The notes beneath the pieces are model-generated. The model was not told the DNA's origin. It made no database searches and worked only from the letters and a program-made list of their open reading frames with translations. Positions 25,244 through 27,334 of a DNA stretch of 27,334 nucleotides are shown piece by piece; the stretch's first letter is position 1; each line of letters opens with the position of its first letter. The position numbers and the translations under genes were made by a program. The stretch lies in assembly GCA_036149055.1 (NCBI GenBank), contig JAYZQJ010000150.1, positions 1 through 27,334 on the forward strand, given 5' to 3'. The stretch comes from Myxococcota bacterium (GTDB lineage: Bacteria; Myxococcota_A; Polyangia; Polyangiales; Sandaracinaceae).

Positions 25244-25618
25244 CTACATCGAGTTGCCCATCCCGGGGTTGCCGGTGATGGCGATGGGCATGCCCTCGAA
25301 GTGCACCGTCACGGCCGGTACGGGGAAAGGCCAGGACTTCTTGCCGGTCTGGAAGGTGCTGACGTCCTTCTGCGAGCCCGGCTGGTTGCCGTTGCAGGAC
25401 TTGACCTTGCTCTTGGCGTTCAGGGTCTTCTTGCCCTTCTGCTTCACCTTGCTCGTGCCCGGGTCGAGCTTGCTGGAGCTCGCGGTGATCGGATACGGCA
25501 AGGGCGCGGGCGCGCCGGCGGCGGCCCCGGGGGTGATGCAGAAGTTCGGCGCCATCGGGACCACCTGGTGGCCCGAGTCCTCACAGACGATGTCCATGTT
25601 GAGCGCCTTGACTCCCAC
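25244..25618 (-). CDS. Stand-alone DUF4150 (PIPY-type PAAR-like) spike-tip protein
   Basis: PNFCITP...PAPLPYP (canonical PDVCxTP...PIPYPN), CNGNQPG (canonical SxGDExG) and VHFEG...GN. GTG with GAGGGGG RBS; directly upstream of DUF2169. Confidence 0.88.
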   Translation of the reverse strand: MGVKALNMDIVCEDSGHQVVPMAPNFCITPGAAAGAPAPLPYPITASSSKLDPGTSKVKQKGKKTLNAKSKVKSCNGNQPGSQKDVSTFQTGKKSWPFPVPAVTVHFEGMPIAITGNPGMGNSM

Positions 25619-25659
25619 GCGTCACCCCCTCGGTCCGGAGGATAGCCGGTCGTCGCGCG

Positions 25660-25866
25660 TCAGGCGAGGCGAGCGCAGTCGTCGAGATCCAGCTCGCCCA
25701 TCACGGGCAGACAGCTCGAGACCATCTCCGGCTCGTCCGGGTGACCGTCGAGGCGTCCCCAGAGCGAGGCGCGCTCCCGTCCGGCGTCGTCGAGCCCCTC
25801 GAGGCCGGCGAAGGTGTTCTCCTCCCAGTCGGCCCGCGTGGCTGCGTCGTTCGTTCGATTCTTCAT
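25660..25866 (-). CDS. Small acidic hypothetical protein (68 aa)
   Basis: ATG 25866 preceded by GAAGGGGGG; MKNRTNDAATRADWEENTFAGLEGLDDAG...DDCARLA; mostly G/C third positions. Confidence 0.55.
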   Translation of the reverse strand: MKNRTNDAATRADWEENTFAGLEGLDDAGRERASLWGRLDGHPDEPEMVSSCLPVMGELDLDDCARLA

Positions 25867-26065
25867 GATGACGACCCCCCTTCGGTCGGCGAGAGACGGA
25901 ACGTGACGCCTCCCGGACGGACAGGTAAGCACGGCGAGAGAGAGCGATCACGCCACGGCGCGTCAACGCCTCCGCGTCATCGGGGCGACGCGACGCGTCA
26001 GGGTGCGCTTGACGCGGGGTGGGCCCATGTTCATACCCACGCCCCCTTCTCTGGAGTACCCGCGC

Positions 26066-27169
26066 ATGAGCGAGCCGACCCTCGAAGCCGTCCGCGAAGC
26101 CCTCTCGGGCGTGGTGGATCCCGTCTACGACAAGCCGATGCTCGAGATCGGCACCCTGAAGGACCTCGGCGTCGAGGGCGCCACCGTCCAGGTGACCGCC
26201 GTGCTCGCGAGCCCCTCGGACGCCCTCCGCGACCAGGTGCGCGAGCGGGTCCAGGACGCGCTCTCCGGCCTCGGCGCCAAGCTCGCGCTCGCCTTCGAGA
26301 CCCGGGTCCCCACCCGCGAGGTCATGGGCGACGACCCCATCCCCGGGGTGCGCAACGTGATCCTGGTGATGAGCGGCAAGGGCGGCGTCGGCAAGAGCAC
26401 GACCGCGGTGAACCTCACCCTCGCGCTCAAGTCGATGGGCCTCCGCGTCGGGCTGCTCGACGCCGACATCTACGGCCCCTCGATCCCGACGATGATGGGC
26501 GTGAGCGGTCACCCCGTCAGCAAGGACGGCAAGCGCATCTCGCCGCTCGAGCGCTTCGGCGTCTCGATGATGAGCATCGGCTTCCTGCTCGAGGACGAGA
26601 CCCAGGCCATCGTGTGGCGCGGCCCGATGCTGCACGGCGCCTTGCAGCAGTTCCTCAAGGACGTCGACTGGGGCGAGCTCGACTACCTCGTGCTCGACCT
26701 CCCGCCCGGCACCGGCGACGTGGCGCTGACGATGGCGCAGCAGCTGAAGGTGACCGGCGTCGTCATGGTGACCACGCCGCAGGAGGTCGCGCTCCAGGAC
26801 GTCTACAAGAGCGTCTCGATGTGCGCGAAGCTGAACCTGCCGATCCTGGGCGTGGTCGAGAACATGAGCTGGTTCATCGACACCGCGGGGGTCAAGCACG
26901 ACCTCTTCGGCTCGGGCGGCGGGCAGAAGGTGGCGGACTTCGCGAAGGCGCCGCTGCTCGCCCAGGTCCCGATCGAGCCGCAGGTCCGCGAGTGGGGCGA
27001 CAAGGGCATGCCGGTCGTGCAGTCGCGGCCGGACTCCGAGGTCTCGCAGGCGTTCCGCGCCGCCGCCGAGGCGCTGGCCGAGACGGTGGCCAAGGCCCAC
27101 TTCGCGCGGACCGGCGGCGAGAAGGCGCCCCCCGACAAGGGGCCGATGCGCCTCAAGATCGTCCGCTAG
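26066..27169 (+). CDS. apbC: Mrp/NBP35 (ApbC) Fe-S cluster carrier ATPase
   Basis: N-terminal DUF59-like VVDP; SGKGGVGKST, GLLDADIYGPSIP, WRGPMLHGAL, WGELDYLVLDLPPGTGD, VTTPQEVAL, GVVENMS and FGSGGG. ATG 26066 follows GGAG. Confidence 0.95.
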   Translation: MSEPTLEAVREALSGVVDPVYDKPMLEIGTLKDLGVEGATVQVTAVLASPSDALRDQVRERVQDALSGLGAKLALAFETRVPTREVMGDDPIPGVRNVILVMSGKGGVGKSTTAVNLTLALKSMGLRVGLLDADIYGPSIPTMMGVSGHPVSKDGKRISPLERFGVSMMSIGFLLEDETQAIVWRGPMLHGALQQFLKDVDWGELDYLVLDLPPGTGDVALTMAQQLKVTGVVMVTTPQEVALQDVYKSVSMCAKLNLPILGVVENMSWFIDTAGVKHDLFGSGGGQKVADFAKAPLLAQVPIEPQVREWGDKGMPVVQSRPDSEVSQAFRAAAEALAETVAKAHFARTGGEKAPPDKGPMRLKIVR

Positions 27170-27334
27170 AGCGGCGATCAGTTTGGAGAGCCGAGGGATA
27201 CGGGAGCGCGAGGGCGGTCAGGCGTGCTCGGGCGGGACGAGGCGATGCTAGGGCATCGTCGAGGAGCGACCGGGCGCGCCTGGCCGCGGTCCCGCCCCGC
27301 AGCGCCGGTGGTTTCAAACTGATTGCCGCTCTAG
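27166..27334. mobile_element. MITE-like fold-back repeat with ~23-bp terminal inverted repeats bounded by CTAG
   Basis: Left CTAGAGCGGCGATCAGTTTGGAG (27166-27188) vs right TTTCAAACTGATTGCCGCTCTAG (27312-27334), 19 of the outer 20 matching. Nested internal inverted repeats; no ORF. Confidence 0.75.

Noticed and set aside
9508..25618. Complete T6SS, eCIS or prophage tail cluster
   Set aside because: No tube, sheath, baseplate wedge, membrane complex, ATPase, capsid, terminase or integrase gene is recognisable in the window.

Overview
Very GC-rich bacterial DNA, most likely myxobacterial (Polyangia/Sandaracinaceae-like; inferred from gene content and codon use). The left third (1-9440) holds housekeeping and envelope genes: the end of a Gly-rich protein, nadB, a lytic transglycosylase, a DUF6910/DUF6929-like lipoprotein, two secreted helical proteins, a penicillin-acylase-family lipoprotein and a GT-C-like membrane protein. 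The core (~9508-25866) is a 16-kb spike-and-cargo island of type VI/contractile-injection type with no Hcp, sheath, baseplate or membrane-complex gene in the window. Its left arm (+) carries three tightly spaced, divergent vgrG genes, a DUF6484-like mini-spike and a TIGR02270-like helical protein. Its right arm (-) carries a small acidic ORF, a stand-alone DUF4150 (PIPY) PAAR-like tip, a DUF2169 chaperone and a catalytically degenerate ketoacyl-synthase-like protein. Between the arms is a divergent cargo cassette: a DUF3396 immunity-like gene and an unknown 133-aa gene on -, and a variant GHH/SHH-type HNH-like toxin candidate, a beta-propeller and a lone GcvH-like lipoyl carrier on +. The most striking feature is that the three VgrG needles have matched lengths (266, 267 and ~265 aa once a 119-aa insertion unique to VgrG3 is removed), suggesting a heterotrimeric asymmetric spike. 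The window ends with mrp/apbC and a 169-bp CTAG-bounded, fully fold-back MITE-like element overlapping its stop codon. All family calls are from motif recognition by eye; no searches were run.
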